64,000 nt of DNA, taken from NCBI GenBank assembly GCA_040754495.1, contig JBFMCO010000028.1, positions 1 through 64,000 on the forward strand, written 5' to 3'. This stretch comes from Candidatus Micrarchaeota archaeon. Lineage in GTDB: Archaea; Micrarchaeota; Micrarchaeia; Anstonellales; Bilamarchaeaceae. The notes under the pieces are model-generated. The model saw nothing but the letters and a program-made list of their open reading frames with translations. It made no database searches and was not told the origin of the DNA. The position numbers and the translations under genes were made by a program. Positions within the stretch are counted from its first letter, which is position 1, and the number at the start of each line of letters is the position of its first letter. Shown here piece after piece: positions 29,025-37,047 of the stretch.

Positions 29025-29735
29025 CTAGCCGCGCTCGCGCTCCGCCCTGCTTCTCCACCGGACATCTATTCGGCTGATGACATCAAGGTCCGGGGTTTCG
29101 CCCCTGGCGTGCGCGCTGGCGAACTCCCTCTGGATGGCCACGTACGCAGGCCTCGCGGCGGCCATGAACTGGTCCCGGGTAAGCATGACTTCCCTGCCCT
29201 GGGCGTCGGTCGTGGTTATCCGGAAGTCGCTCGGCGCCGCGCTTTCGAGGTAGGTTATGAGCCTGCCGCCCTTCGTCTGGTCCGCGCGCGTCATGGTACC
29301 GCTCCACCTCAGGTCCCGGTTCGCGTCTATGGTATATGTCCGGCCGTCCACCGTGACCTCGTAGGAATGCCTGTGCGTCATGACCGGCGCGGGAGGCGTC
29401 CTGAGGGTGATTTCCGGCGAGATGTTCCGGATGCCGAGGTTCCTGTTGAGAAGCCTGCGGGCCTCGTCGAACCTCTTGTTGAGGCGGTGGTTGAGGATTT
29501 CGTTAAGCCTCGTAGCCACATTCATGAAGTCGCCTTGGGCCATGTAGGGCGGAACTACGACCCCCTCCCTTCCCCTTGCCACCTGGTCGGCGCGGGTGTA
29601 AATCTCACGCGCCTGCAGCGGGGAATATCCGAGCGCCTGCAACTGGGATATAACGGTCCTCTGGACCTCCTGCTGGGTAAGCCCCGTTGTCTCTTCCGCT
29701 CCTCCTCTCCTCCTCTGGGCTGGTGCTCCTGTCAT
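29025..29735 (-). CDS. Arg/Gln-rich hypothetical protein, tandem paralog 1 (MTGAPAQRR)
   Basis: RBS AGGTG; PVMT...YEVTVDGRTY matches the neighbouring paralogs. Confidence 0.75.
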   Translation of the reverse strand: MTGAPAQRRRGGAEETTGLTQQEVQRTVISQLQALGYSPLQAREIYTRADQVARGREGVVVPPYMAQGDFMNVATRLNEILNHRLNKRFDEARRLLNRNLGIRNISPEITLRTPPAPVMTHRHSYEVTVDGRTYTIDANRDLRWSGTMTRADQTKGGRLITYLESAAPSDFRITTTDAQGREVMLTRDQFMAAARPAYVAIQREFASAHARGETPDLDVISRIDVRWRSRAERERG

Positions 29736-29744
29736 AATAACACC

Positions 29745-30401
29745 TCACGGGTTCCTCGTCCGCCTGCCCTGCTGGGGCGCCATGGCGATGCGTATGTCCG
29801 GCCGCTCCACGTACTGGCCGTTCGTGTAGGTCCTTCCGACATAATCGTCGCGGAAGATGTCGAGCCTCTGGTTCGGCGCGCCTGAGTTGAATGCGGCCGA
29901 TTCGGCATCCCTTCCGACGCGCGTAACCTGCGCATACACGACCTGCCCTCCGCTTTCCACGAGCTTGTTGTTGAGGAGGAGGTCGTGGAGGATGGCCCTT
30001 GCGGCAACTTCATCCACCCTGCCGTTCGGCCTTGTCGGGAGGGGGTCCGGAAGGGCGACCTGGTAGGTCCTGTTGCCGAGCGTGACTTCATACACAGTAG
30101 CTTGGGTCATGCGTGGAGCCGGCCTTGGCTGCTGCGTCGGGGCCGGAGGCTGCGCCCTCTGCGGCACGGGCGAGAGCTGGGTGGGCTGCTGGCCGAGCTG
30201 CCGGGCAACCTCCTTCAGGCGCTCGGCTGCCTCCGCAAGGCGCTCGCTCTGCTCCATGAGCCTGCGCGCCTGGCTTGGCGGGATGGGCGAGCGAATCGGC
30301 GACAGGGCGTTTGCGATGTCCATCAGGGCGTCCCTTACCACCCTCAGCGTTCTATCCTGCTCCGTTTCCCGTTCTGGCCTTCTTTGTGCTGGTCCCGTCA
30401 T
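29745..30401 (-). CDS. Arg/Gln-rich hypothetical protein, tandem paralog 2 (MTGPAQRR)
   Basis: RBS AGGTGA; C-terminal region near-identical to paralog 3. Confidence 0.8.
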   Translation of the reverse strand: MTGPAQRRPERETEQDRTLRVVRDALMDIANALSPIRSPIPPSQARRLMEQSERLAEAAERLKEVARQLGQQPTQLSPVPQRAQPPAPTQQPRPAPRMTQATVYEVTLGNRTYQVALPDPLPTRPNGRVDEVAARAILHDLLLNNKLVESGGQVVYAQVTRVGRDAESAAFNSGAPNQRLDIFRDDYVGRTYTNGQYVERPDIRIAMAPQQGRRTRNP

Positions 30402-30410
30402 CAAATCACC

Positions 30411-31025
30411 TTAAGGATTCCTCGTCCGCCTGCCCTGCTGGGGCGCCATGGCGATGCGTATGTCCGGCCGCTCCACGTACTGGCCGTTCGTGTAGGTCCT
30501 TCCGACATAATCGTCGCGGAAGATGTCGAGCCTCTGGTTCGGCGCGCCTGAGTTGAATGCGGCCGATTCGGCATCCCTTCCGACGCGCGTAACCTGCGCA
30601 TACACGGCCTGCCCTCCGCTCTCGACAAGCCTGTTGTTGAGGAGGAGGTCGTGGAGGATGGCCCTTGCGGCCACTTCATCGACCTGGCCGCTGCGGGTGG
30701 TCGGGAGGGCCTGGGGAAGGGCGACCTGGTAGGTCCTGTTCCCGAGGTTGACCTGATAGACGAATGCCTGCGTCATCTGTGGTGCCGGCCTCGGCTGCTG
30801 GACCGGACCGGCCTGCTGGGGCGTCTTCTGCGGCACGGGCGAGGGGCGGCTCAGAAGGTTCTCGATTGTGTTGAGAAGCTCCCGCAGCGCGTCCCTTAAG
30901 CGCTCCAGTACCGGCCTCGGAGGCGGCCTGATTTGCACTTCCTGCCTAAATCTCTCGAGCGCCTCCGGATTGATCGTTATTACATGCTGCTCCGCTTCAG
31001 GTCTTCTTTGTGCGGGTCCAGTCAT
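30411..31025 (-). CDS. Arg/Gln-rich hypothetical protein, tandem paralog 3 (MTGPAQRR)
   Basis: 189-bp identity with paralog 2 at the 3' end; divergent helical N-terminus. Confidence 0.8.
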   Translation of the reverse strand: MTGPAQRRPEAEQHVITINPEALERFRQEVQIRPPPRPVLERLRDALRELLNTIENLLSRPSPVPQKTPQQAGPVQQPRPAPQMTQAFVYQVNLGNRTYQVALPQALPTTRSGQVDEVAARAILHDLLLNNRLVESGGQAVYAQVTRVGRDAESAAFNSGAPNQRLDIFRDDYVGRTYTNGQYVERPDIRIAMAPQQGRRTRNP

Positions 31026-31088
31026 AATATCACACAAAATGTATATTCGAAGAGAAGATTTTTTAACAGGCTTAGTATCAGATATGAT

Positions 31089-32132
31089 ATGCTTGAGCGA
31101 AAGAGGGTAGAGGACATACTATCCGGCTACAGGAAATTCAAGATTGCGACCATCTGCTCGCACTCCTCCCTCCAGATATTCAAGGGCGCAAGGGAGGAGG
31201 GGATAAAGACCATCGGCATCGTGCAGAAGGACAAGCGCAAGCTGTACGAGTCTTTTCCCCTTGGGCGGCCGGACGAATTCATCGAGGTGGACAGCTACGG
31301 GGACATACCGTTCGATTACCTCGTGGACGAGGAAGCGATAGTCATCCCTCACGGCTCGTTCGTGGAATACGTGGGGCAGGCTTTCGACGACATGGAAGTC
31401 CCGGTCTACGGCAACCGCGCCAGCATCGCGTGGGAGCGGAGCCGCGAGAAGATGTTCCAGTGGATAAGGAAGGCCGGCATCAAGACGCCCCGGACGTTCA
31501 AGCCCGACGAGATAGACGGGCCGGTCATGGTGAAGTTTCCGGGCGCCAAGGGCGGCAGGGGCTATATCATCGTGCGGTCGGAGAAGGAGTTTCGGGAAAA
31601 GGTCGGCGCTGACCGCGAGTGCATGATACAGGAGTTCCTGATAGGGGTCCGCGCGTACCCTCATTACTTCTTCAGCCCGTTCAAGAACCGCGGCTACGAG
31701 ACGAAGCAGGGGGAGCTCGAGCTTCTCGGCGTAGACAGGAGGGTGGAGAGCAGCGCAGACGAGATTGCGCGCGCGGTCTCGCTCGGGATGGAGCCGCACA
31801 TGGCTTTCACGGTCATAGGAAACGAGCCCCTGGTCCTCCGCGAATCGCTCCTCTCCGAGTACATGGAGATAGGGCGGATGATAAGCGAGACCTCCTTCGA
31901 CCTCTTCGGGGGCCTGATAGGGCCCTTCTGTGTCGAGACCATAATAACCGAGGAGCTGGAGATATACGCCTTTGAAATCAGCGCGCGCATCGTCGCCGGG
32001 ACGAACGTATATCCGGAGGGCTCGCCGTATTCGGTCTATTATTACAAGGAGCCGATGAGCGCGGGCAGGCGCATCGCCAAGGAGCTGAAGAAAGCGGCAA
32101 GGGCGAAGAAGCTCAAGCAGATAGTATACTGA
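31089..32132 (+). CDS. purP: FAICAR synthetase PurP
   Basis: IATICSHSSLQI, VIPHGSFVEYVG, VIGNEPLVLRESLL, FEISARIVAGTN. Confidence 0.93.
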   Translation: MLERKRVEDILSGYRKFKIATICSHSSLQIFKGAREEGIKTIGIVQKDKRKLYESFPLGRPDEFIEVDSYGDIPFDYLVDEEAIVIPHGSFVEYVGQAFDDMEVPVYGNRASIAWERSREKMFQWIRKAGIKTPRTFKPDEIDGPVMVKFPGAKGGRGYIIVRSEKEFREKVGADRECMIQEFLIGVRAYPHYFFSPFKNRGYETKQGELELLGVDRRVESSADEIARAVSLGMEPHMAFTVIGNEPLVLRESLLSEYMEIGRMISETSFDLFGGLIGPFCVETIITEELEIYAFEISARIVAGTNVYPEGSPYSVYYYKEPMSAGRRIAKELKKAARAKKLKQIVY

Positions 32133-32836
32133 TGGTCAGGATGGCAAGGGACAGCAGACCGGTGCATATCGCGATAATTCCTGACGGAAATCGCAGATGG
32201 GCCGAGAGGAAGGGCATAAGCAAGCGCGAGGGCTACGCCATAGGGATACGCAAGATAGGCGACGTCCTCAAGTGGTGCAAGGCCAGGAACGTCCGCATGC
32301 TCACCATGTGGGGCTTCTCCACCGACAACTTCAAGCGCGACAAGGAGGAGGTCGGCGAGCTTTTCGGCCTTTTCAAGGAGAACCTGGGGAAGGCGATAGA
32401 GAGCGACGACCGGAACAAAAAGGAGTTGCGGGTGCGCTTTTTCGGCCGGCTGCACCTGTTCCCGAAAGAGATGCAGGACATGATAAGGAAGGCCGAAGAG
32501 GTGACCTCTTCCGGAGACCGCAAGTACCAGCTCAACCTCCTGCTTTCGTACGGCGGCCGCGAGGAGATTGTCGATGCGGTCAACAGGATAATCGCGGAAG
32601 GCATCCGGGAAGTGGACGAAGACGGGATAAGCAGCCATCTTTACACGAAAGGCGTCCCGGACCCGGACCTGATAATAAGGACGTCGGGCGAGCAGAGGCT
32701 CTCAGGCCTGATGCCGTGGCAGAGCTGTTACAGCGAATTCTATTTCTGCAAAAAGCTCTGGCCGGACTTCTCCAGAAGGGATTTCGACTCGGCCCTGAAG
32801 GAGTACGCAAGGAGAAGAAGGAGATACGGCAGGTGA
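32132..32836 (+). CDS. uppS: cis-prenyltransferase (undecaprenyl diphosphate synthase family)
   Basis: HIAIIPDGNRRWA, FSTDNFKR, DLIIRTSGEQRLSG, LWPDF, RRYG. Confidence 0.95.
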   Translation: MVRMARDSRPVHIAIIPDGNRRWAERKGISKREGYAIGIRKIGDVLKWCKARNVRMLTMWGFSTDNFKRDKEEVGELFGLFKENLGKAIESDDRNKKELRVRFFGRLHLFPKEMQDMIRKAEEVTSSGDRKYQLNLLLSYGGREEIVDAVNRIIAEGIREVDEDGISSHLYTKGVPDPDLIIRTSGEQRLSGLMPWQSCYSEFYFCKKLWPDFSRRDFDSALKEYARRRRRYGR

Positions 32837-32843
32837 GAAAGGC

Positions 32844-33272
32844 TCACTTATGGAGCCCACTGTACCTGTCGCGGTAGCGGCGCATCATGTCGTCCACGCT
32901 GTTCGCCTGGTCGATTGCGAAGAGCACCTTCGATGCCATGAACAGGAGCACGACCGGCAGGAGGAGAAGGGCCCGCGCGGTCAGGCTGTCCTCCACCACC
33001 ATGAGGGCGACGAAAAGGAACATCCCCAGGCCGACGATGAAGTGCATCTTCGATATCAGCGCAAGGAGGAAGCTGAAGGGGCCGTCCTTCTTTTTGTTGT
33101 CGGCATCTGAAAACTCGATATGACCTGAGGCGAGAGCCGCGAGCACCCCGGTCTCAGGATGCGCAGCCCTGTCGTCGAGAGCCGAGGAGAGGCACATTGC
33201 GGCGAGGATGACGAGAACGGGTGCCAGGTGCCATATATTAACCACTGGGGGCTCAGAAATGCTAGTGGTCAT
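32844..33272 (-). CDS. Hypothetical membrane protein
   Basis: Three hydrophobic segments; start uncertain. Confidence 0.6.
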   Translation of the reverse strand: MTTSISEPPVVNIWHLAPVLVILAAMCLSSALDDRAAHPETGVLAALASGHIEFSDADNKKKDGPFSFLLALISKMHFIVGLGMFLFVALMVVEDSLTARALLLLPVVLLFMASKVLFAIDQANSVDDMMRRYRDRYSGLHK

Positions 33273-33402
33273 ATAAGTGTATAAATGACCGGCAAGAGTT
33301 TTTTAATTTCATGCTTACTTTTATGGGATGGAAGTTACTTTTTGGGAAGCCCTGCGGGTAATGGAATCGCTTATAAAAACTACCATCAAACAACCCTATC
33401 AT

Positions 33403-33620
33403 GCCGCAGTAGCTCAGTGGGAGAGCACACCCGGTTCTTTTAGGCATTGTTCTGCTGAAAGAATCTGTGAAGCTGAAGACTCTCAGTGAGTCGGAGGCCC
33501 TTTTCGGGCTGCCTTATCAAGGCAGAAACGGTGGGGTCGCTTGTTCAATGCGCTTTTTTAGTAAAAAAGCGCCCAAAAAACGGGCTTGCTAAAACGCGCG
33601 GACAAATCAGGCCTGCGGCA
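33403..33620 (+). tRNA. tRNA-Phe(GAA) with three introns: 30/31 (33432-33471), 37/38 (33479-33527), 58/59 (33549-33605)
   Basis: Splices to GCCGCAG TA GCTC AGTGGGA GAGC A CACCG CT GAA GA CGGTG GGGTC GCTTG TTCAAAT CAGGC CTGCGGC A; BHB-type motifs at all three junctions. Confidence 0.88.
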
Positions 33621-33894
33621 TTTCCTTCTTTTTCTTCTGAACCTCGATGGCGGGAGCTTCCCGGAGCTTCTTCTGGACTTCCTTCATAGGGTAAATCCTG
33701 AGGCAAGGCTCGGCGTCATTCCAAATGATTATCACCGGCCCATTCGTCCAGCCGGACGCTTTTAGAGCGGCTCTTAGTTTCTTTGGAAGGGTTATCTGCC
33801 TCGCTCCACCGTCGATAAAAATACTCGCCGTGCTCGCGATTTCTCCACTCTCTCCAAATCCTTTAGGGCCGAAAAACCTATCAGTTCCAACCAT
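33607..33894 (-). CDS. AbrB/MraZ-like DNA-binding protein (element)
   Basis: IFIDGGARQITLPKKLRAAL...CLRIYP; stop codon lies in the att repeat. Confidence 0.6.
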   Translation of the reverse strand: MVGTDRFFGPKGFGESGEIASTASIFIDGGARQITLPKKLRAALKASGWTNGPVIIIWNDAEPCLRIYPMKEVQKKLREAPAIEVQKKKKEMPQA

Positions 33895-33899
33895 GCACA

Positions 33900-33981
33900 T
33901 GCACGTTAATGGTTGTTTATTTAAACCTTTTCATCTCGACACATGCAAAGGGTTTTAAATGTTATTAATGTTTGCAAATGC
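33900..33981. promoter_or_regulatory. Divergent promoter region of the element
   Basis: Inverted TTTAAACCTTT / AAAGGGTTTTAAA boxes and repeated (A)TGCA sites between divergent regulator genes. Confidence 0.5.
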
Positions 33982-34143
33982 ATGAAAACGCAAACAAATA
34001 TCTCAGCTATACGCCTCCATCGCCCGACGGTCGAGCGGCTCCGAAAGTTCAAGCCATACCCTGAAATGAGCGATGATAAGCTCCTCAACATTCTCATTGA
34101 CAAGCTGGAGGCCGCCGAGCCCAAACCGGAGGCATCATCGTGA
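33982..34143 (+). CDS. Ribbon-helix-helix-like small DNA-binding protein (element)
   Basis: SAIRLHRPTVERLRKFK...SDDKLLNILID pattern. Confidence 0.6.
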   Translation: MKTQTNISAIRLHRPTVERLRKFKPYPEMSDDKLLNILIDKLEAAEPKPEASS

Positions 34144-34334
34144 AGCACGGAGCTATCCTATGCGCCACAGTGGGCTATTTTTCAGACGATATCACGGCAG
34201 AATGTTTCAAGCTCATGACCCGCCAGCTCGCAAAAGCAGCGGAGGAAGTCGAGGAGGACGACGCCGCCGAGGATGAGGACGTTTGCCCGGTCTGCGGCTG
34301 CGAGCCCTGCGATTGCGAGGATGAGGATGGATGA
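34140..34334 (+). CDS. Small acidic protein with CPVCGCEPCDC motif (element)
   Basis: GTGA overlap with the upstream ORF; Cys cluster. Confidence 0.6.
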   Translation: MKHGAILCATVGYFSDDITAECFKLMTRQLAKAAEEVEEDDAAEDEDVCPVCGCEPCDCEDEDG

Positions 34335-34540
34335 AACGCGCCCTCCTGCTTCTTGGAATCGCGGCCTTCCTCATAATCGCATCGGTAACGGCACGGCGCG
34401 AGCCTGAAACCGTCCAGGGCTACCGGACAGAGGAGCATCTCACACGGGCCTATTCCACCATCAACCATACCGGGCCCAACCGGACGGCCCGATGCCGCCT
34501 CTTCATAGACGGCTCGATGAGCTGTGGGGCGAGGCCTTGA
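34331..34540 (+). CDS. Small secreted/membrane protein (element)
   Basis: ATGA overlap; signal-like MKRALLLLGIAAFLIIASVTA. Confidence 0.6.
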   Translation: MKRALLLLGIAAFLIIASVTARREPETVQGYRTEEHLTRAYSTINHTGPNRTARCRLFIDGSMSCGARP

Positions 34541-34691
34541 ACGCGCATGGGAGGCCGAAAGGCCGGGGGGCTGGCGGCGCACTGGTCGCCATAATCGCCT
34601 CTGCCAGCCCCTTTCCCGGTCCTCAAGCAGGACATAGTGGAGATGGGGCGGCGGACCTTCGGGCAACCGCTGCCCTTCTCTTTCTGACGTG

Positions 34692-34862
34692 ATGCTGATG
34701 CCGCCCGCCCGTTCCTATCCTCTCCGCCGCTGCCTTCGATGCTACCACGAAACCCGCGAGGAGGACGACCACTGCCGCCGCTGCGGCGGCCGGATGCAGT
34801 TTCTCTTTCAAGACCGCTTATCAGGAGGTCCTACCCATGTCCCCGCCCCAAAATTCCAATAA
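34692..34862 (+). CDS. 56-aa zinc-ribbon protein (element; absent from the ORF track)
   Basis: MLMPPARSYPLRRCLRCYHETREEDDHCRRCGGRMQF...; CxxC-x10-CxxC. Confidence 0.5.
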   Translation: MLMPPARSYPLRRCLRCYHETREEDDHCRRCGGRMQFLFQDRLSGGPTHVPAPKFQ

Positions 34863-35676
34863 GAATAAAGCCTCAAAAAAAGAGGAGTTTCTCGCTGGTA
34901 GCGAGCCGACCAGCGAGCCGCACGTCGAAAAACCAGCGAGCGCCCAAAAATCGCCCTCCGACGATGATTCCAAAAGGAATCTCGCTGGTTTCTCGCTACC
35001 CAGCGAGCCCAACGTCGGAGAATCAATACCAGTGTCCGCACACCGGTTGCAGTGGAAATTCTCGCTCCGTTCACACCGCCCGCAGCGCCCGCCTTTCCGC
35101 ACCGTGAAGATGCGGAACTGGGAGCAGCGCATATGGACGCATGAGGGCGCGACCTTCGTAAGCGGTCCGAATACGCTCCAACTCTTCCTGGAGCTCGGAA
35201 AGCGCCGCTCGACCGCCTCGACCTTGCATGCGGGCGAGCTCGGAAACCGCGCCTGGGACACGGACCGGAGCATTTTCGACAGCTTCTTAAGCTGCCAGTG
35301 GGGGGCCCGCTCAATTCGAGCGCCGAAATCCCCCAGGAACGCCGAAAATTCATGGTCCGTCATCTGCCCACCCGTCCTTATACTGGTGGGCTATGGCGTT
35401 ATGAAATGTATTATTTTGCCGGGCCCTCACCCTTCGGCTCGAAGTCCCCGCAGCGGCAGAGCGAACAGCTCCCCCCGGCGTCGTGGTCTCGCATCTCGTG
35501 GCCGCACGTGCATGTCATGCCAGGACCTCCAGCTCCTCCGGCTCGTCGTACAGGGGCCGGATGACGAGCTCCGGTTCATTACAGGCCTGCGGCAATTTTT
35601 TCCTACTGATTTCCGCTCCGGAATTGCGTTCCTCTGTGAAAAAAGTTACACTAATAAAGGCATACCCACAAAATGA
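34837..35676 (+). CDS. Element protein, possibly a degenerate replication initiator; reads through the distal att
   Basis: GGAGG RBS; AHRLQWKFSL...VKMRNWEQR segment loosely recalls putative Reps of small archaeal elements; the 3' half looks degenerate. Confidence 0.4.
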   Translation: MSPPQNSNKNKASKKEEFLAGSEPTSEPHVEKPASAQKSPSDDDSKRNLAGFSLPSEPNVGESIPVSAHRLQWKFSLRSHRPQRPPFRTVKMRNWEQRIWTHEGATFVSGPNTLQLFLELGKRRSTASTLHAGELGNRAWDTDRSIFDSFLSCQWGARSIRAPKSPRNAENSWSVICPPVLILVGYGVMKCIILPGPHPSARSPRSGRANSSPRRRGLASRGRTCMSCQDLQLLRLVVQGPDDELRFITGLRQFFPTDFRSGIAFLCEKSYTNKGIPTK

Positions 35677-35682
35677 TGCCTT

Positions 35683-36684
35683 ATGAAACTAGTTATACCA
35701 AAGGGCTACACGCCCGCTCTGGACGTGAGGAGAACCGAGGAGGCGATTCCGAGGATAAAATCCTTCTTCGAGAGGAGCCTTGCGGAGAACCTCAGGCTCG
35801 AGAGGGCCTCGGCGCCCCTGTTTGTCAGGAGAGGGACGGGCATAAACGACGACCTGAACGGCGTTGAGAGGAAGGTTTCGTTCGACATCATGGACGGCGC
35901 CATCGATGTCGAGGTGGTGAACTCGCTCGCGAAATGGAAGCGGATGGCTCTCGCCCGCTACGGCTATGGCCAAGGCGAGGGCATCTGGACCGACATGAAC
36001 GCCATCCGCCGCGACGAGGAGCTGGACAACCTCCACTCGGTGTACGTGGACCAGTGGGACTGGGAGAGGGTCATAAGCAGGGCGGAGAGGACGGTGGAGT
36101 TCCTCATGGCCGTGGTGGACCGCATCTACGATGCCATGAAGAGGACGGAAATGATGATATTCGACAGGTACGGCGTCGAGCCGGCATTGCCGGAACGCAT
36201 GGAATACGTCACAACGCACCAGCTCGAGGAGGCGCATCCGAACCTGTCAAGGAAGGAGAGGGAGGTCGTCGCGGCGAGGGGGGCCGGGGCCCTGTTCCTC
36301 ATGAAGATAGGGGGCAGGCTCAAAGACGGCAAGCCGCACGACGGCCGCGCCCCGGATTACGACGACTGGGAGCTGAACGGGGACATAATAGTCTGGAATC
36401 CAGTGCTCCAGTCCGCCTTCGAGCTCTCCTCCATGGGGATACGCGTGGACAAGGACGCGCTCCTGCGCCAGCTCCGCGAGGCCAACGCAATGGACCGCCT
36501 CGGACTGGAGTTCCACAGGATGCTCATGGATGGCGAGCTTCCGCTTTCGGTCGGCGGCGGGATAGGGCAGTCGAGGATGTGCATGTTCCTGCTCAGGAAG
36601 GCCCATATAGGCGAGGTGCAGGCCAGCGTCTGGCCCCCGGACATGATTTCCGAGCTGGAACGGCACGGCGTCAGGCTGCTCTAG
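35683..36684 (+). CDS. asnA: Aspartate--ammonia ligase (asparagine synthetase A)
   Basis: INDDLNGVER, EVVNSLAKWKR, HSVYVDQWDWE, RAPDYDDW, SVGGGIGQSR, HIGEVQASVWP. Confidence 0.96.
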   Translation: MKLVIPKGYTPALDVRRTEEAIPRIKSFFERSLAENLRLERASAPLFVRRGTGINDDLNGVERKVSFDIMDGAIDVEVVNSLAKWKRMALARYGYGQGEGIWTDMNAIRRDEELDNLHSVYVDQWDWERVISRAERTVEFLMAVVDRIYDAMKRTEMMIFDRYGVEPALPERMEYVTTHQLEEAHPNLSRKEREVVAARGAGALFLMKIGGRLKDGKPHDGRAPDYDDWELNGDIIVWNPVLQSAFELSSMGIRVDKDALLRQLREANAMDRLGLEFHRMLMDGELPLSVGGGIGQSRMCMFLLRKAHIGEVQASVWPPDMISELERHGVRLL

Positions 36685-36810
36685 CAGGCGGGGAAGGATT
36701 AAATACGCTTCTGCCTAGAAGCTATAACACAGAAACAAACCGGCCAGTCTTACTGATAGGGAGCTAAGGTCGGCAAAAAATTTTCCGCTCAGCTTGAAGA
36801 AGGTGATGGA

Positions 36811-37047
36811 TTGAAACTCGACCAGATGGTGCTCTGCTGCTGGCACAAGCCCAGGGAGGCGATAGTGGTGCTGAAGACAGGCGCAGCCATTCCCAGGGAA
36901 GTGCTTGACCGCATCCCCGCCAGCAGGGAGAAATCCCTCATGATGGAATCCGGCGGGATGTGCGACCCGTGCGCTGCAGGATTTGTGGCAGGACTCAAAG
37001 GAAGGAAGCCGGCCGAAGAAGGGATAATGAAGGGCGGGCAGGGCTAG
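36811..37047 (+). CDS. Small Cys-containing hypothetical protein
   Basis: CCWH and GMCDPC; start uncertain. Confidence 0.45.
   Translation: MKLDQMVLCCWHKPREAIVVLKTGAAIPREVLDRIPASREKSLMMESGGMCDPCAAGFVAGLKGRKPAEEGIMKGGQG

Larger units (their letters stand above)
33608..35594. mobile_element. About 2-kb integrated element at the tRNA-Phe 3' end, no integrase visible
   Basis: 13-bp direct repeat CAGGCCTGCGGCA at 33608-33620 and 35582-35594; dense small ORFs typical of plasmids/viruses. Confidence 0.75.

Noticed and set aside
34940-34950. GCGCCCAAAAA match to the intron element within the Rep-like ORF
   Set aside because: Only 11-12 nt, lacks the hairpin partners; likely chance
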